A DNA stretch of 64,000 bases from Eledone cirrhosa (Eukaryota), in NCBI GenBank assembly GCA_964016885.1, contig OZ024746.1, positions 4,092,001-4,156,000 of the forward strand, written 5' to 3'. Of this stretch, positions 13,131 through 27,745 are shown in pieces. The position numbers were made by a program, and so were the translations under genes. Under the pieces are notes generated by a model. It ran no database searches. It was not told the origin of the DNA and was given only the letters and a program-made list of their open reading frames with translations. How positions within the stretch are numbered: the first letter of the stretch is position 1; each line of letters begins with the position of its first letter.

Positions 13131-14884
13131 CGCCAGATAGGTTTTGGATTCAATTAAATTCCACGTAATAAACATAATTGTATATTCGGACGGAACAAAA
13201 GTTTATTTTTATTTTACTGGGTTGTGCGAATGTTTCATATTTTGCAAGACAGGCGACATACAGGCGCTCTAACTAGGACAAGGTTTCTTATCTTTGATCT
13301 ATTTAATGCTCTACAGAGTTGAATAGCGGTTCCTGTTAGCACTTCTGAGCTCCTATGGGTTTTTAGATTTCATTCTGTTATATGCGTAAATCTAAATGAG
13401 TTAAATATGCAACAGTAAGGAACTTAAAAAAAAACAAAATTCTAATACATTCCCAATTCGAGAGAGTTATCTGATTTCTGATCATTGTTTGACGATGATC
13501 CAGAGTAATGTGGTTTCCATGAAACCATATCCAATGTCATACGATTGCAATAATTTACCACATAAATATCTCTATAAAATCTGTTATGATGGAAAGAGAT
13601 ACTTTGTTAGTATAACAGAGGGAAATATTGCTTTCAATCTAAGACTCAATCCCAATTCTGGCAGGAAAAGGAGGGGGAAGACTAGATTATATCACTATGT
13701 TATAGGAGCTCTTATTTACTTGACCACAAAAGAATAAAAGGAAAATTTAGCTTCGATGCAATTTGAACATAGAGCAAAGAAAATCTGAGATAAGCGTAAA
13801 TGTTATAGAGCATCTATTTTGTCGCATGTGCCGCTGTTTTTCAGTCAAGTTACTTAGGTATTAGTTTCATTTTGTCAAGACATAGGCATAGTTCAGTGAA
13901 GTAGACGACTGCAGAAGTATGTATTGTTCCTGCAGCTCCCTGGGAAAATAGTTACATAAGTGATGAAGAGACGGTTTCATCCAGGCAGCCATCTATAACA
14001 TTGTTATGCCCTTTGTATTGATGAGAGGAGATGTTTAATTTATAAAGAAAAACGGTTCAAGTTGAATTTTAATATAATGTTATGCATGATCCTCTGAGAA
14101 TGTAACTGTAAGACAATGGGAGCAAGGTGTATTATGTTTACGTATAACTGAAAAGCACATATGTAATTCCAATAAGTAATTAGTATTATGACAAACATTA
14201 AACTTGATAGGTTCACTCAAACATTCACAAAAGACACACGCTCACACCGAAATGAAACATATACATGCAAACAAACACACGCATATATACATATACAGAC
14301 TTATTGAGCGTATTGTACTAAAACCTCGGTAAACTGCCTTTGTGAGTTAGTGTTTGGGATATGGTGTCTGTCACAACTTCAAATGGTATTACTCTGTATT
14401 GGTATTACTCTTTGTTACCAAAGCTGTTGTAAGCTGGGAGGATGTGATTATGTTGAACACGTCTTGTGTAAATTGTGTTACATTGAAAGTGTCATATGTT
14501 GAAAGTGCACTGTCTGTAGTAGAGTTATTTGTTGAATTACGAGTGAAATTTTAAGCGCCAATATATTTTTAGATTTCGCTTTTATTTTTCATCATATTCG
14601 GTGCACCAAAAATATTTTCAATTAAAAAAAACAAAAACAGATTTTCGTTGTTATTGGTGCGCCATTCAGAGTGCACATGTTTCATTTTAAGGGCCTCCAA
14701 CACATGTGGTATTAAGGTAGTAAGGACAAATATACTAACATACCAGAGACATGGCCCTTATACTGAGAAAGTGTCCTTAAATTTATGGGACTTTAAATGT
14801 TTACCACCTAAAAGACGTGGACCCCTTCTCGTTCACACTTCTCAGAACACCTCCTGTCGACCCCACACTAATGGTAATCCACTA

Positions 14885-15660
14885 CAGGCTACCATTCATA
14901 GCAATATCACTGCTACATATATGGACTGGTTCAACCAAATAACCTAACTGATTTTCAGACTTTCCAAACAGTTTCGAGTCATCTATAAACGAAAGATGGT
15001 TTATGAATGATCCTTCCATTCCGCATTGGTAACCCATTTTAACTTTCCTAAGTGTCAGTGTTAAAAGGTATAAGGGCAATGACAAATAGTAATGGTAAAA
15101 ATGAGTTTCCTTGAAATATACTCCTTTTAATTTCTACTTCTCCAAAGAATATTGCTTGAGTAGAACTCGGTCTTCTACTCTACTATATTATTCAGAAGAA
15201 ATTTTGTGATGTTGTGATGGGTATAAGAGGGATAGGCTGTGGTGTGCAGGAGAGAAGACTGAGGTGGTATGGACATGTGATGCGCATGGAGGATGACCGC
15301 TGGGTAAAGAAGTGCCAAGAAATCCCAGTAGAAGGAAGACGCAGTAGAGGTAGACCACGAAAAACATGGGCGGTGGTGGTGAGAGCAGATCCCCAGATCG
15401 CTGAAACTCACGGAGGAGATGACAACGGACCGTGACAAGTGGAGATGCTGTGCTGAATAGGATTCGTCCCACCCTTGCAAGCAGGGTAAAGCGGACGTAA
15501 AATGATGATGATGATGATGGTGATGATGATGTCAACAATATCAAGCATCGGCAGGTATAACACAATCCAAGAATGAGGCATCATAGACATGTTGGTATGA
15601 TGTCTCAAAACTGACTTATCGATCACCGAGTGATCTTTGGTACTCTGAGCTCTTCTCCTA
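14885..15660 (-). pseudogene. Degenerate R4/Dong-clade reverse transcriptase fragment interrupted by an RTE insertion
   Basis: TKDHSVIDKSVL...MMPHSWI (15560-15650) and LRKVKMGY...INHLSFIDDSKLFGKSENQL...SDIAM (14885-15085) match the R4 RT consensus GTKDQLLIDK...VPHSWI...INHLLFMDDLKLF. Confidence 0.7.
15190..15531 (+). mobile_element. RTE LINE 3' end with (TGA)n tail
   Basis: VQERRLRWYGHVMRMEDDRWVKKC...GRRSRGRPRKTW followed by GGACGTAAAATGATGATG. Confidence 0.85.
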
Positions 15661-16307
15661 CATTTATTCCCTTTCTAATATTTCTCCCTGTAAAAGAAAG
15701 GTATATCACTGCTCCAGAAATATCAAAATATTTCCGGAATATTTAATCTAACTTTGATTCAACGAAATACGTTAGATGTTGAAGACTGTCCTCCATCAGA
15801 CGTACATAAAATAATTATCAGCGAAGTATTGTTAACAACTGAATAAACTATATTGTTAACCATCCATTTCCACTATTAATATTTGGGTTTCTGCTGCTGT
15901 TAGGGATTATTACTATTGTTATTAGCATCAGTTTCAAAGTAGTGAATTACAAAACAGTCCAAAACCAGTTCTCTATAAACACGAATAACATTTGCACTGA
16001 GGTGGCTGACATTATCTCCTATTTCCCTACCTATAGATTTATAGAGTGGATGCACTGAAGTTCCGATACATTGGCCTGTGTTTCATATTGAATTGATTTT
16101 ATATTAAATTAGAAAGCACGCATACGTATGTGTATGTATGCATTGTCTAATATCCACACATACACACACACACACACATATATATATATACACACACTCA
16201 CACACACACAGATATATATGTATGTATATATATGTACACACACACGAATATGTAATAGATATGTGTAAATGTAACATATATACATATATATATATATATA
16301 TATATGG

Positions 16308-16373
<66 letters not shown>

Positions 16374-16430
16374 CTTCAAGCAAACTACAATATTTTATTA
16401 TATATATATATATATATATATGTATATGTA

Positions 16431-16598
16431 CGGTAGAGGGTCGGACACCATGCTATGACGTACAGAGTTAAAGGCCCTTGCCATTCTGAGTTCAAATCCC
16501 GCCGAGGTTAACTTTGCCTTTCATCCTTACGGGGTCGATAAAATAAAGTACCAGTAATGCACTGGGTAACTTGCTGGCCTTGTGCCTAAAGTAGAAAC

Positions 16599-16601
<3 letters not shown>
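16431..16601 (+). mobile_element. tRNA-derived SINE (family A; Meta/MESC-like central domain, tentative)
   Basis: B-box-like GAGTTCAAATCC, core GCCTTTCATCCTTACGGGGTCGATAAAATAAAGTACCAG, tail GCTGGCCTTGTGCCTAAAGTAGAAACAATT; more than 10 copies in window. Confidence 0.85.
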
Positions 16602-16638
<37 letters not shown>

Positions 16639-16905
16639 GTAATATTATATATATATATATGTATGTATATGTAATATTATATATATATATATATATGTAT
16701 GTATATGTAATATTATATATATATATATATGTATGTATATGTAATATTATATATATATGTATATGTAATATTATATATATATATATATATATATGTATAT
16801 GTAATATTATATATATATATATATATGTATGTATATGTAATATTATATATATATATATATATATGTATATGTAATATTATATATATATATATATATATGT
16901 ATATG

Positions 16906-16942
<37 letters not shown>

Positions 16943-17007
16943 GTAATATTATATATATATATATGTATATGTAATATTATATATATATATATATATGTAT
17001 GTATATG

Positions 17008-17066
<59 letters not shown>

Positions 17067-17167
17067 GTAATATTATATATTTATATATATATATAAAATA
17101 TTGTAGTTTGCTTGAAGCAATATATATATATATTTATTTATTATAAGAACAGATATTTGCTTTACGG

Positions 17168-17199
<32 letters not shown>

Positions 17200-17204
<5 letters not shown>

Positions 17205-17389
17205 AGAAAAACCACAGACCTACCATCTCAACTCTACTTTTGAAAAGCAGAAGAACTGCAAAACCGGTAAAGGAACCAAATAAATATATATATTTTTTTA
17301 AAAATAAGACTCCAGTTGCATTTTCGATTTCATCTTTTTTCCTTTATACTTTCACTCGGCTATTTTTCATTTTGTAAAAAAAACCTCAC

Positions 17390-17395
<6 letters not shown>
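17200..17395 (+). mobile_element. Solo copy of the 27708-27853 PLE terminal unit; U3-A8 hammerhead with G12A mutation
   Basis: CTT-TTGAAAA-GCAG-AAGAA-CTGC-AAAA-CCGGTA-AAGG at 17237-17273; in (TA)n. Confidence 0.8.
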
Positions 17396-17433
<38 letters not shown>

Positions 17434-17439
<6 letters not shown>

Positions 17440-17621
17440 TTATAGAAGGAGCTTCTACTGTTTCATTCAGATGAAATCTTCAGGAGCTTCCTGAAGATTT
17501 CATCTGAATGAAACAGTACTAGTCCTGTAGAAGCTCCTTCTATAAAATAAAATTTTTTTACTCTGCCATGTATTGAGTACCTTACTTACTGTGGTTATCC
17601 CCGACTCAACCCGGGACCTAC

Positions 17622-17622
<1 letters not shown>
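17434..17622. mobile_element. Fold-back PLE terminus plus tail in (TA)n
   Basis: Inverted arms ~17434-17484 / ~17489-17550. Confidence 0.75.
17483..17537 (+). ncRNA. Type I hammerhead ribozyme motif (8-bp stem I, loop III containing ACUAGU)
   Basis: GGAGCTTC-CTGAAGA-TTTCATCTGAAT-GAAACAG-TACTAGTC-CTGTA-GAAGCTCC. Confidence 0.8.
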
Positions 17623-17695
<73 letters not shown>

Positions 17696-17742
17696 ATATA
17701 TATATATATACAGTTATGTAATAAACAACATGAGATAATTAA

Positions 17743-17803
17743 TTCATTTACCAGTGGTTTCTTGAAGACAGATGTTTATATCTGTTTTCATTCATCAGAA
17801 GAA
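17743..17803 (-). ncRNA. Type I hammerhead ribozyme motif (long stem II)
   Basis: TTCTT-CTGATGA-A-TGAAAACAGAT-ATAAAC-ATCTGTCTTCA-A-GAAACCA-C-TGGTA-AATGAA; stem I imperfect. Confidence 0.7.
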
Positions 17804-18238
17804 CATTTATTATGAAATAGTAAAATGGATTTGAAAACAGAGTATAGGATAAATGAAAGTGAGGTTGGAATGAAATAACGGGCAAAAATTGAGGGAAAAA
17901 ATGAATAAATAAATATCCAAATACATAAACATACACAAACTCTCGCATATACGTAATAGTATGTAAACATATACATTCATAAGTATATGTGCATCTGCAT
18001 GCAAATACAAATACACACATATGCGTGTGACCTTTCACTCACATATGCGCAACCACGGGCGCACATTCATACACGTACTCAGTATTAACGTATAAACATA
18101 TATATACATGCACATCTCTCCATACATACAAACACGTGTAAACATACATACGCACATTTGCCTAAACTCACACGTATACACAGACATACATAAGTTCACA
18201 CACACGCTTACACTTATGTGTGCACATAGACGTAAGCG

Positions 18239-18283
<45 letters not shown>

Positions 18284-18339
18284 TTACCACTCATCTGCAT
18301 AGCTGCTTGCAGACATGCTTTTGAGAAAATACTGATACA

Positions 18340-18508
18340 GGGTGGTCAATTGGCAGTATCGGTAGAGGCTCGGACGCCATGCTTTGCAGCAAAGAGTTAC
18401 GGCCCTTTATGGTCCTGAGTTCAAATCCCGCCGAGTTTAACTTTGCCTTTCATCCTTACAGGGTCGATAAAATAAAGTACCAGTAATACACTGACATAAT
18501 TGCTGGCC
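18340..18508 (+). mobile_element. tRNA-derived SINE family A
   Basis: A-box-like TGGCAGTATCGG, B-box-like GAGTTCAAATCC and the same core. Confidence 0.85.
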
Positions 18509-18529
18509 AAATTTTAAAGAAAAATAGAA

Positions 18530-19097
18530 CACTACGCTAGATCTGATTATTTTACGTCTTAAAGTGGCTTTAAATTTTGGATTTTCTGTTCGGGAACTGC
18601 GTGGCAGCCGCTTAAATATTGGAAAATACCACCCTTTCGCTCAAATTTCCGCCTTTTCGGCTCTAGATCCCACATTTTTCAACCGATTTCGTTCAAATTC
18701 GAAACTTCGGCTCCACCTCACACATAAATCAATTTAGTTGGTTCAACTTTTATACTACGATAGAACCTATCATTGCACATCTTATAGATGGTCAAAGGCA
18801 AAACGATGGCCACTGACGTCGTCTGAGCTTTTAGTTGTGTATTTGAGAATTCATCAGTTTCCAATCAAGTAGCGTGAGGAAATTTGGCTTAGTGTTAGAG
18901 GTCATTACCTCCCTCCCCCAGCATGCTCCTTCATCAGTTACCCGCGTTTCTCAGTGATAGAGGTCATCACCACCCTCCCTCGCAAGGCCTGTGTGTGGCC
19001 AAAGATGAGTCATCGAGAAGCAGTCGCTAAGATCAACACCTTTTCTCAAAGCAGATATTATTTTACCTACCCAGGCAACGCTGGGTACTGATGCTAG
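18530..19097 (+). mobile_element. Non-autonomous Helitron-like element (3' end clear, 5' end uncertain)
   Basis: Subterminal hairpin ACCCAGGCAACGCTGGGT (19069-19086) followed by CTAG (19094-19097) then T. Confidence 0.5.
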
Positions 19098-19110
19098 TAT
19101 ATATATATAT

Positions 19111-19151
<41 letters not shown>

Positions 19152-19356
19152 TATATATATATACATTTGTTGGGGTTGCCTGGATGTGTCCACATAAATT
19201 TCTCTAAGAAAAGAGAAAATGGTCGAGATAGGGAACAGTATACCGCTTTGAACAGAATTAATCGTTGCGTATACTATGTTCCATCTTGAAGGCATTTGGG
19301 GGTCGCCTAACAGTTGTCCGATTGAGGTGAAATTTTGCACACTCCGTATTTGTGTT

Positions 19357-19389
<33 letters not shown>

Positions 19390-19429
19390 GCCCTTAGCAA
19401 TAGATAATTTTCCGAAATTAAAATTTATT

Positions 19430-19484
<55 letters not shown>

Positions 19485-19497
19485 GTATATATATATG

Positions 19498-19586
<89 letters not shown>

Positions 19587-19668
19587 GTATATATATATAT
19601 ATATATATATACATATATGAGAAAATGTGTATATATATATATATATACATGTATATATATATATATAT

Positions 19669-19709
<41 letters not shown>

Positions 19710-19723
19710 ATATATATAAAATG

Positions 19724-19755
<32 letters not shown>

Positions 19756-19774
19756 ATATATATATATATATATA

Positions 19775-19925
19775 CAGATGTGAGAAAAACCACAGACCCT
19801 CCATCTCAACTCACCTTTTGAAAAGCAGAAGAACTGCGAAACCGGTAAAGGAACCAAATAAATATATATATTTAAAAAAAAAAATAAGACTTCAGTTGCA
19901 TTTTCGATTTCATCCCTTTTTCTTT
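19775..19925 (+). mobile_element. Solo copy of PLE terminal unit
   Basis: Near-identical to 27707-27853; in (TA)n. Confidence 0.85.
19814..19851 (+). ncRNA. Minimal hammerhead with compensatory U3-A8 core
   Basis: CCTT-TTGAAAA-GCAG-AAGAA-CTGC-GAAA-CCGG-TA-AAGG. Confidence 0.75.
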
Positions 19926-20333
19926 ATATATATATATGGAATAATAATTTAGAAACTAAGGCCTTATTGAAGGGGATCACAGTAAACAACTGTAGCATCA
20001 ACCGAGTATATTACTGCTACTTATTCTATAAAATATATGTTATTATCTACCATGGATGGATGTATATTCCTACTTACACAAACCTGACTCTAAATCGTCT
20101 AAAACATTCAATATGGTGTTATGCCATTTGTGCCAGCTTGCCACACTTAAAATTTATAAGATATTGATTGAATGGCTGATAATAAAACACTTGCCATACC
20201 TTTGATCGATAACATTCATATTCATATGTCTAGAATAATAGGTGTATCTATATCAGAATCATTTTTTCACACTTCATTTGACATTTTTACTGTCATCAAT
20301 GAATGTTTTATTATTTTTGTAAATCCATATATC

Positions 20334-20426
<93 letters not shown>

Positions 20427-20580
20427 ATCTATCTATCTATCTATCTATCTATCACTTGTTCTATCTATCTATTTACACCCCCCCCCACACACATATATAT
20501 ATAGATAGATAGATACATATATCTTTATATATTTTAGAAAGGAATTAAACATTTGATGAGAAATGTGAGTATGTCTATTT

Positions 20581-20687
<107 letters not shown>

Positions 20688-20688
20688 C

Positions 20689-20745
<57 letters not shown>

Positions 20746-20752
20746 TATATAC

Positions 20753-20988
<236 letters not shown>

Positions 20989-21372
20989 CATATATATATA
21001 TATATATTTATATATACATATATATATATATATATTTATATATACATATATATATATATATTATAACCAGTAGGTAAAAAATATCCTTTCCTTGAAACAT
21101 AATGAAATAAATATAATTTAAAAGATATTTTTTCACTCTATATAATTTTTAATATAAGTGTGTGGGTATATATATGTGTATATACGAATTATCTATATAT
21201 GTGTGTATAAACACATATATGCGTATGTCTGTACATAATTACACGTATATAGGTAGACACAGTAAGAACGCTTTATTTTTATTAGATTTAAACGATGAAA
21301 ATTGGTACAAGATGAATTATTATTAGAACTCAGCTATACACACGGGCACATACATACAAATACACTCACACA

Positions 21373-21628
<256 letters not shown>

Positions 21629-21740
21629 GTATATATATATATAGTCATTCGATTCCTGAATTCCTTGTTTCAACCCATTTCACTGCCGCCATTCTAGTGC
21701 AGAACGTTCAAAGATTTTGTCGATGGCATAGTTTGAAACA

Positions 21741-21845
<105 letters not shown>

Positions 21846-22590
21846 ATATATATATATATAATTTTGGTAGACACAAATGAAACTAAGGCGTGTAATGTAT
21901 ATACGGTCACATATTCATTTATATACATATATGTATGTATATAAGGTTGTATATAGGTAGATATATACATATATGTAAGTATATAAGGTTGTATATAGGT
22001 AGATATATACATATATGTATGTATATAAGGTTGTATATAGGTAGATATAAATGAACCTACGCAATGCAACTTGTATACACCAAATTATAATATATATATA
22101 TATGTATATTATATATATATATGTATAATATATATATATATATGTACTTGAGGTGAATGCGTTTAAGTTTTCACAATTATACCCGGTCTGTGTATAGGAA
22201 AAGGCAAGGCAGTCGTTCATGTTGGCCACATACTGTATTAGATTAAAGATTCAACATTAATTTGTTAAAGCTAACAAATAGTAACAAAGAATATTAAGAC
22301 TATTAAGGTTTCGACGATATTTCTGAAGGCGCCATGTTGACACACTGATAATTATAAAGATATACAGACATACGCTTAGGAGACCTTTAAAGAAAATCAA
22401 AGAGATATCTTCTTTGAACTTTCTCAAGTAAATGAAAGCGTATTTTTCTCATCCGGTTTCCAATGAATCAAAATAATATCGAAATATTTCGAATGAATAT
22501 CAAAATATTCAGTGTGATTTATTGTATATATATATTATTGCCTTGTCTGCTGATTGGAAGCTTTTATTTCATATATATATATATATATAT

Positions 22591-22698
22591 GTGTGTTTCT
22601 GAGGTCGTATGTGCGTATAAAACCAAAATGGCGTGTATATATATATATATATACACGCCATTTTGGTTTTATATGCACATACGACCTCACAAACACAC
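22591..22698. repeat. Imperfect palindrome (~45-bp arms) centred on (TA)9
   Basis: 22591-22635 is reverse-complementary to 22654-22698 with about 2 mismatches. Confidence 0.85.
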
Positions 22699-22990
22699 AC
22701 GCACTTATATATATATATATTTCTATATATATACATATATATACATATATATATATGCATAAAAATATCTCACACACACACACACATACACACATACACA
22801 CACACACATATATATATATATGAATCTGTATGCATTTATACATACATGAATGTAATACGACTGATATCAGATTGCATATTAGAAATGAAATATATCATAT
22901 ACATAGAAATAAGTTAATTTTATGTATGTATATATATTTATGTATGTATATATGTATATATGTATGTATGTATATGTATGTATGTATATG

Positions 22991-23082
<92 letters not shown>

Positions 23083-23204
23083 TGTGTATGTATGGAAGCA
23101 TAACTGTTTAAAATATAGCAGAATATGTTAATGCAGATTCAAAGATTCAAATAGTTTGTGACAAAGAATGAAATACAGAATGTAGTCAAAGTTATAAACT
23201 CTGT

Positions 23205-23389
<185 letters not shown>

Positions 23390-23451
23390 TCCCTGTTATA
23401 TTTTGCGTACATTAATGCATCTTTTAAGTTTATCATAAAAAATTTTAAACA

Positions 23452-23543
<92 letters not shown>

Positions 23544-24855
23544 ATACAATATAACATATAATATATATATATATATATATAACATATATCCAAAATTAAG
23601 ATAAATTGAATTAAATTAAATTAAATCAAATTAAATTAAGGGTGTCATGTCAGATAGACATGCGCCATATCACCCATAAAATATGCTCCAAGATTCTAAT
23701 GAGTAGATCCGAGCATTTTATGGAATATATACGAGGAAGATTAATCAAATTATAAGGTATCTATTTTTGAAGTTCTAGTTAAACTTTATTTAGTTACCTA
23801 CCTAGCTATGTGTGCTTACACACTTTTACAAATTATCCCCTGTGATTGTTTCATATGTTTAATTATATGCCAATCAATTTCTAGTTGATATATATAACAT
23901 ATATATTTATAACATATATAAATATATAATATAATATATATAACATATATACATATAACATAACAATGTGTTTGTGTATGCGTGTCTGAGTGCGCACGTT
24001 TGTATGTTTTATTTTAAAATTTCTCCCCAGTATGGAATGAACAAAGGATGTTCTTTCATGGAAACTCAAACATCAACTAGTCATACATTAAAGTTTTTAT
24101 TTATGTCTTTGTATATGTTAGTCTGCATATTTAGCCTTATGTATGGTTACACATATGTATGTTTGTATGTATATATATACAAAATAATGGCAGGCAGACA
24201 TATATGAAAAGTGGCTAAACTCTACCCCAATCATCCTCCCCAAAAACCTCCAAATAAAACCCATCCCGAATGAACCAGAAAACCAACAAAATCTTAGGGG
24301 AAAGATGGCGTTAGAAAAATTTAAAATAGAAATAGAACTGTTGCGGTTAAGAGCCAACTCCACCGAAGAAAAATTCAAGTCACTCGACCAACAGATGGAA
24401 ACAGAAATCTCAAGCCACTCTGAAGCCCTACTCTATGAAAAAACCTTAAAACTTTGGAAATAAAATTGTGAGGATGAAGAACTAACATCCCTCCAGCGAT
24501 GGGAAAAAAACGCCACCTGGTTCAACAACTACGAAATGGATTTCAAAAATGAACAACATACAGGTAACCCATTTTTAAAACAAACTAAAACTCACACACC
24601 ACTTGCACAACAAATAACAAAAAAGTAACAAAACGTCCAACATACAAGGAGAATAACGACCAATCAATTGTACGGAATAAAAGCAGCTATAACCCAACAA
24701 AAGGTAGAAACATAGTTCTGGACAAATTTTGTGACCACATAGCTACTTTCCCATACCATGAACTACCGCAACCTAAACCCAAACCCAGCACGAGTCGAAG
24801 GGAATGGGAGATTATCCATGAACTAAAAAACAATACGGACATTATAATTAAGGAA

Positions 24856-26709
24856 GTGGACAAGGGAAGTACTGTTGTCATTATGGATGCTGAAAAATAT
24901 AAAAATTCTATGCTCTCTCTCTTACAAAATACTAATTACTATGAAAGAGTAAAAATCTACCAGCAATCAAAAACAATGACCAGATTAAACACACTGATTT
25001 GTCGACACCAGGAAGACTTAACTAAAAAGGAATGCGATTATTTAACACATTTTGAATACAAATCCAGCAACCTTTAGGGACTTCCGAAGATCCACAAGTG
25101 TAAAATAATTAACGATGCCTGTAAACAATCCACCTCAACCTGCGTGAACACACAATACCCCACAGACCTTAAATTAAGACCAATTGTAGCGGGCCCACAA
25201 TGTGAAACACACAGACTAAGCAACTTTATAGACATACTACTAAAACCAATTCTCAAACAGATACCAAGCCTTGTAAGAGACGATCTGGACCTCTCAAACC
25301 ACCTCCCCAAACATGTCAACAACGATACTATTATTGTGTCTTTCGATGTAGTGAATCTCTACACAACGATCCCACACCAATATGGACTAGAAGCAATAGG
25401 ATTCTGGCTAGAGAAATATCCCAATGAGATACCTGACAGAATAGAAAAAAGCTTCATCACCGAGGGGTTAAAATTTATCTTACAGAACAACTTTTTTGAT
25501 TTCGATGGCAGTATTTACAAGCATATATCGGGGACTGCGATGGGTACAAAAGCCGCTCCAACTTATGCCAACTTAGTCATGGCATACTTAGAAGTCCAGA
25601 TATATGAACAGTTCAAATCAAAATACGGATTGAACTTCCACAAATATTTATCAAAGAATTGGAAACGCTACTTGGATGATTGTCTCATTCTTTGGTCCCA
25701 CACACTCGACCAACTGAATGATTTCAAAAACGGCACCAATAACCACATCCAATTCACAATGGAATACAGCCAAGATCAACTCCCATTTCTGGACATTAAT
25801 CTTAAAAAAAGACACAAATATTGAAACTGACATACAATACAAACCAACAAACAGATTCCAAACAATACCTGCTATTCACCTCCAACCATCCAAAGCACAC
25901 GAAGACGAACATTCCTTTTAACCTAGCAAGAAGAATTTGCACAATTGTCTCAATTATGAAACGCAAAATAAAAGACTTCAAGAATTAAAGGAAATTCTAC
26001 TCGAAAGACAGTATCCACCATTACTAATAAATAATGGAATAGAAAGGGCTAAAGTAATAGGCATTGATGAATTACGAAAAGAGAAACAAATTCAAGGTAC
26101 GTTCAATATTCTATCATATATCTCAACTCACAACCCAAGAAATGCGGAAGCTTACAACACTATTCACAAGAACATCCCACTATTGAAACAAGACCCAAGA
26201 ATGAAAAAAGCCCTTGAAACACACAAAAGCAAAAGACAACCGAAATCACTAAAAACATTACTCACCAATGCCAAATTACCTACCACAAACCCACAACCAA
26301 CTGTCAAAAATGTGGTCGCTGCTCTAATTGTGGAACCTGCACTCACCTCATTGAAGGGAACACGTATACATTTAAATCAGGACAAAATTTTGCTGTAAAA
26401 AATCACTTCACTTGCTCATCAAAAAATCTAATTTATGCCATTAAATGTAAAGGATGCAATGACGATTTTATAGGACAAACTAAACTCACACTCAGAAACA
26501 GAATGACAGTTCATCGCCAACAATTACGAGATCCAACCACGAGACAGATACCACTAAGTGCACATCTAGACATATGCGCAAGTAATAAGACACCCAAATT
26601 CCAAGTCTTCCCATTTTACCTTTGCGCTAACAATACAACAGAACAAATACGAATAAATAAGGAAAATATGTCTATTCAAAAATATAGACCAGCATTAAAT
26701 ATAGTTTAA
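24856..26709 (+). pseudogene. Disrupted PLE RT + GIY-YIG endonuclease ORF
   Basis: ORF pieces 24856-25077, 25144-25824, 25937-26398, 26503-26709 joined by a stop and frameshifts. Confidence 0.9.
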
Positions 26710-27339
26710 TATACATTATGTCAACACCATAACATGCTAACCATCCAAACAGACACATACATACACACACACATAACACCTTCTACTTTAGAAAATAAAA
26801 ACCAGAACTAAATAAACCTTAACATACGTTAATACTCTAACACCTTAACATGCTAATCCCCCCCACACACATAACTCCCTCCCCCATTTCTACTAACGGA
26901 ATCATTTTCCTACACACACACACACAAAATATATATATTATCTTCATCTTAACATGCTAACCATACTCCCACACACACATAACCCCCTCACACAACTCCC
27001 TCCCCCATTTCCTACACACATACAGACCCACAAAATATATATATTCTCTCCATCTTAGCATACTCCCCCTACCCCCACACACACATAACACCCATACACA
27101 CACACACAACTCCCTCCCCCATTTCTACTAATAGAATCATCTTCTTACACACACACACACACAAGCACACAAATAAACATACATATCTCTACTTTCTTTA
27201 TTTCAATAGAAAGTCTGAATTCTGACACCCCAGCGCACCAGCCATATTCACTGAACCAGAACAATTCTTCCCATCCCATTTCTCTTCGCCATTATCTTTT
27301 GTTTGTCATAAAATTCTCTAAAAGGCTACAAAATAAATT

Positions 27340-27712
27340 CTCAAATACGGGCACGAAATTTAATGAACTTGTTCACGTGACAATCATAATTTCATTTATA
27401 ACCAATCAAATTACATTTATTAAAAAAAAGCCTTCGTGAGTCACTTTTTTTTAAAGTAAAAAGAAATTCAAACAAATTGGCGCGAAAGCTGATGTGCTTA
27501 TTCACGTGACTGCATCAACCAACTAAACTTCACTCATATATGAAAAAACAACCTGAGCTCCCCCCCCTTTGTTTGAAGAACTTTGTAACGCGAACTGGCG
27601 CTAAATGTATTATACTTATTCACCAACCAATCAAATTACTTCTCTAAAAACCTGACGTTTCGAGCCACTTTTTTCCATATAAAACAAGTAATATTCAGAG
27701 ACCAACCAGATG
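27340..27712 (+). promoter_or_regulatory. Putative Pol II promoter inside the PLE 3' region
   Basis: Three related ~130-bp modules; TCACGTGA at ~27373 and ~27502, ACCAATCA at ~27401 and ~27628, TTGGCGCGAAA (E2F-like) at 27477-27487, TATAAAA at 27678-27684, CA at 27707-27708. Confidence 0.55.
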
Positions 27713-27745
27713 TGAGAAAAACCACAGACCCTCCATCTCAACTCA

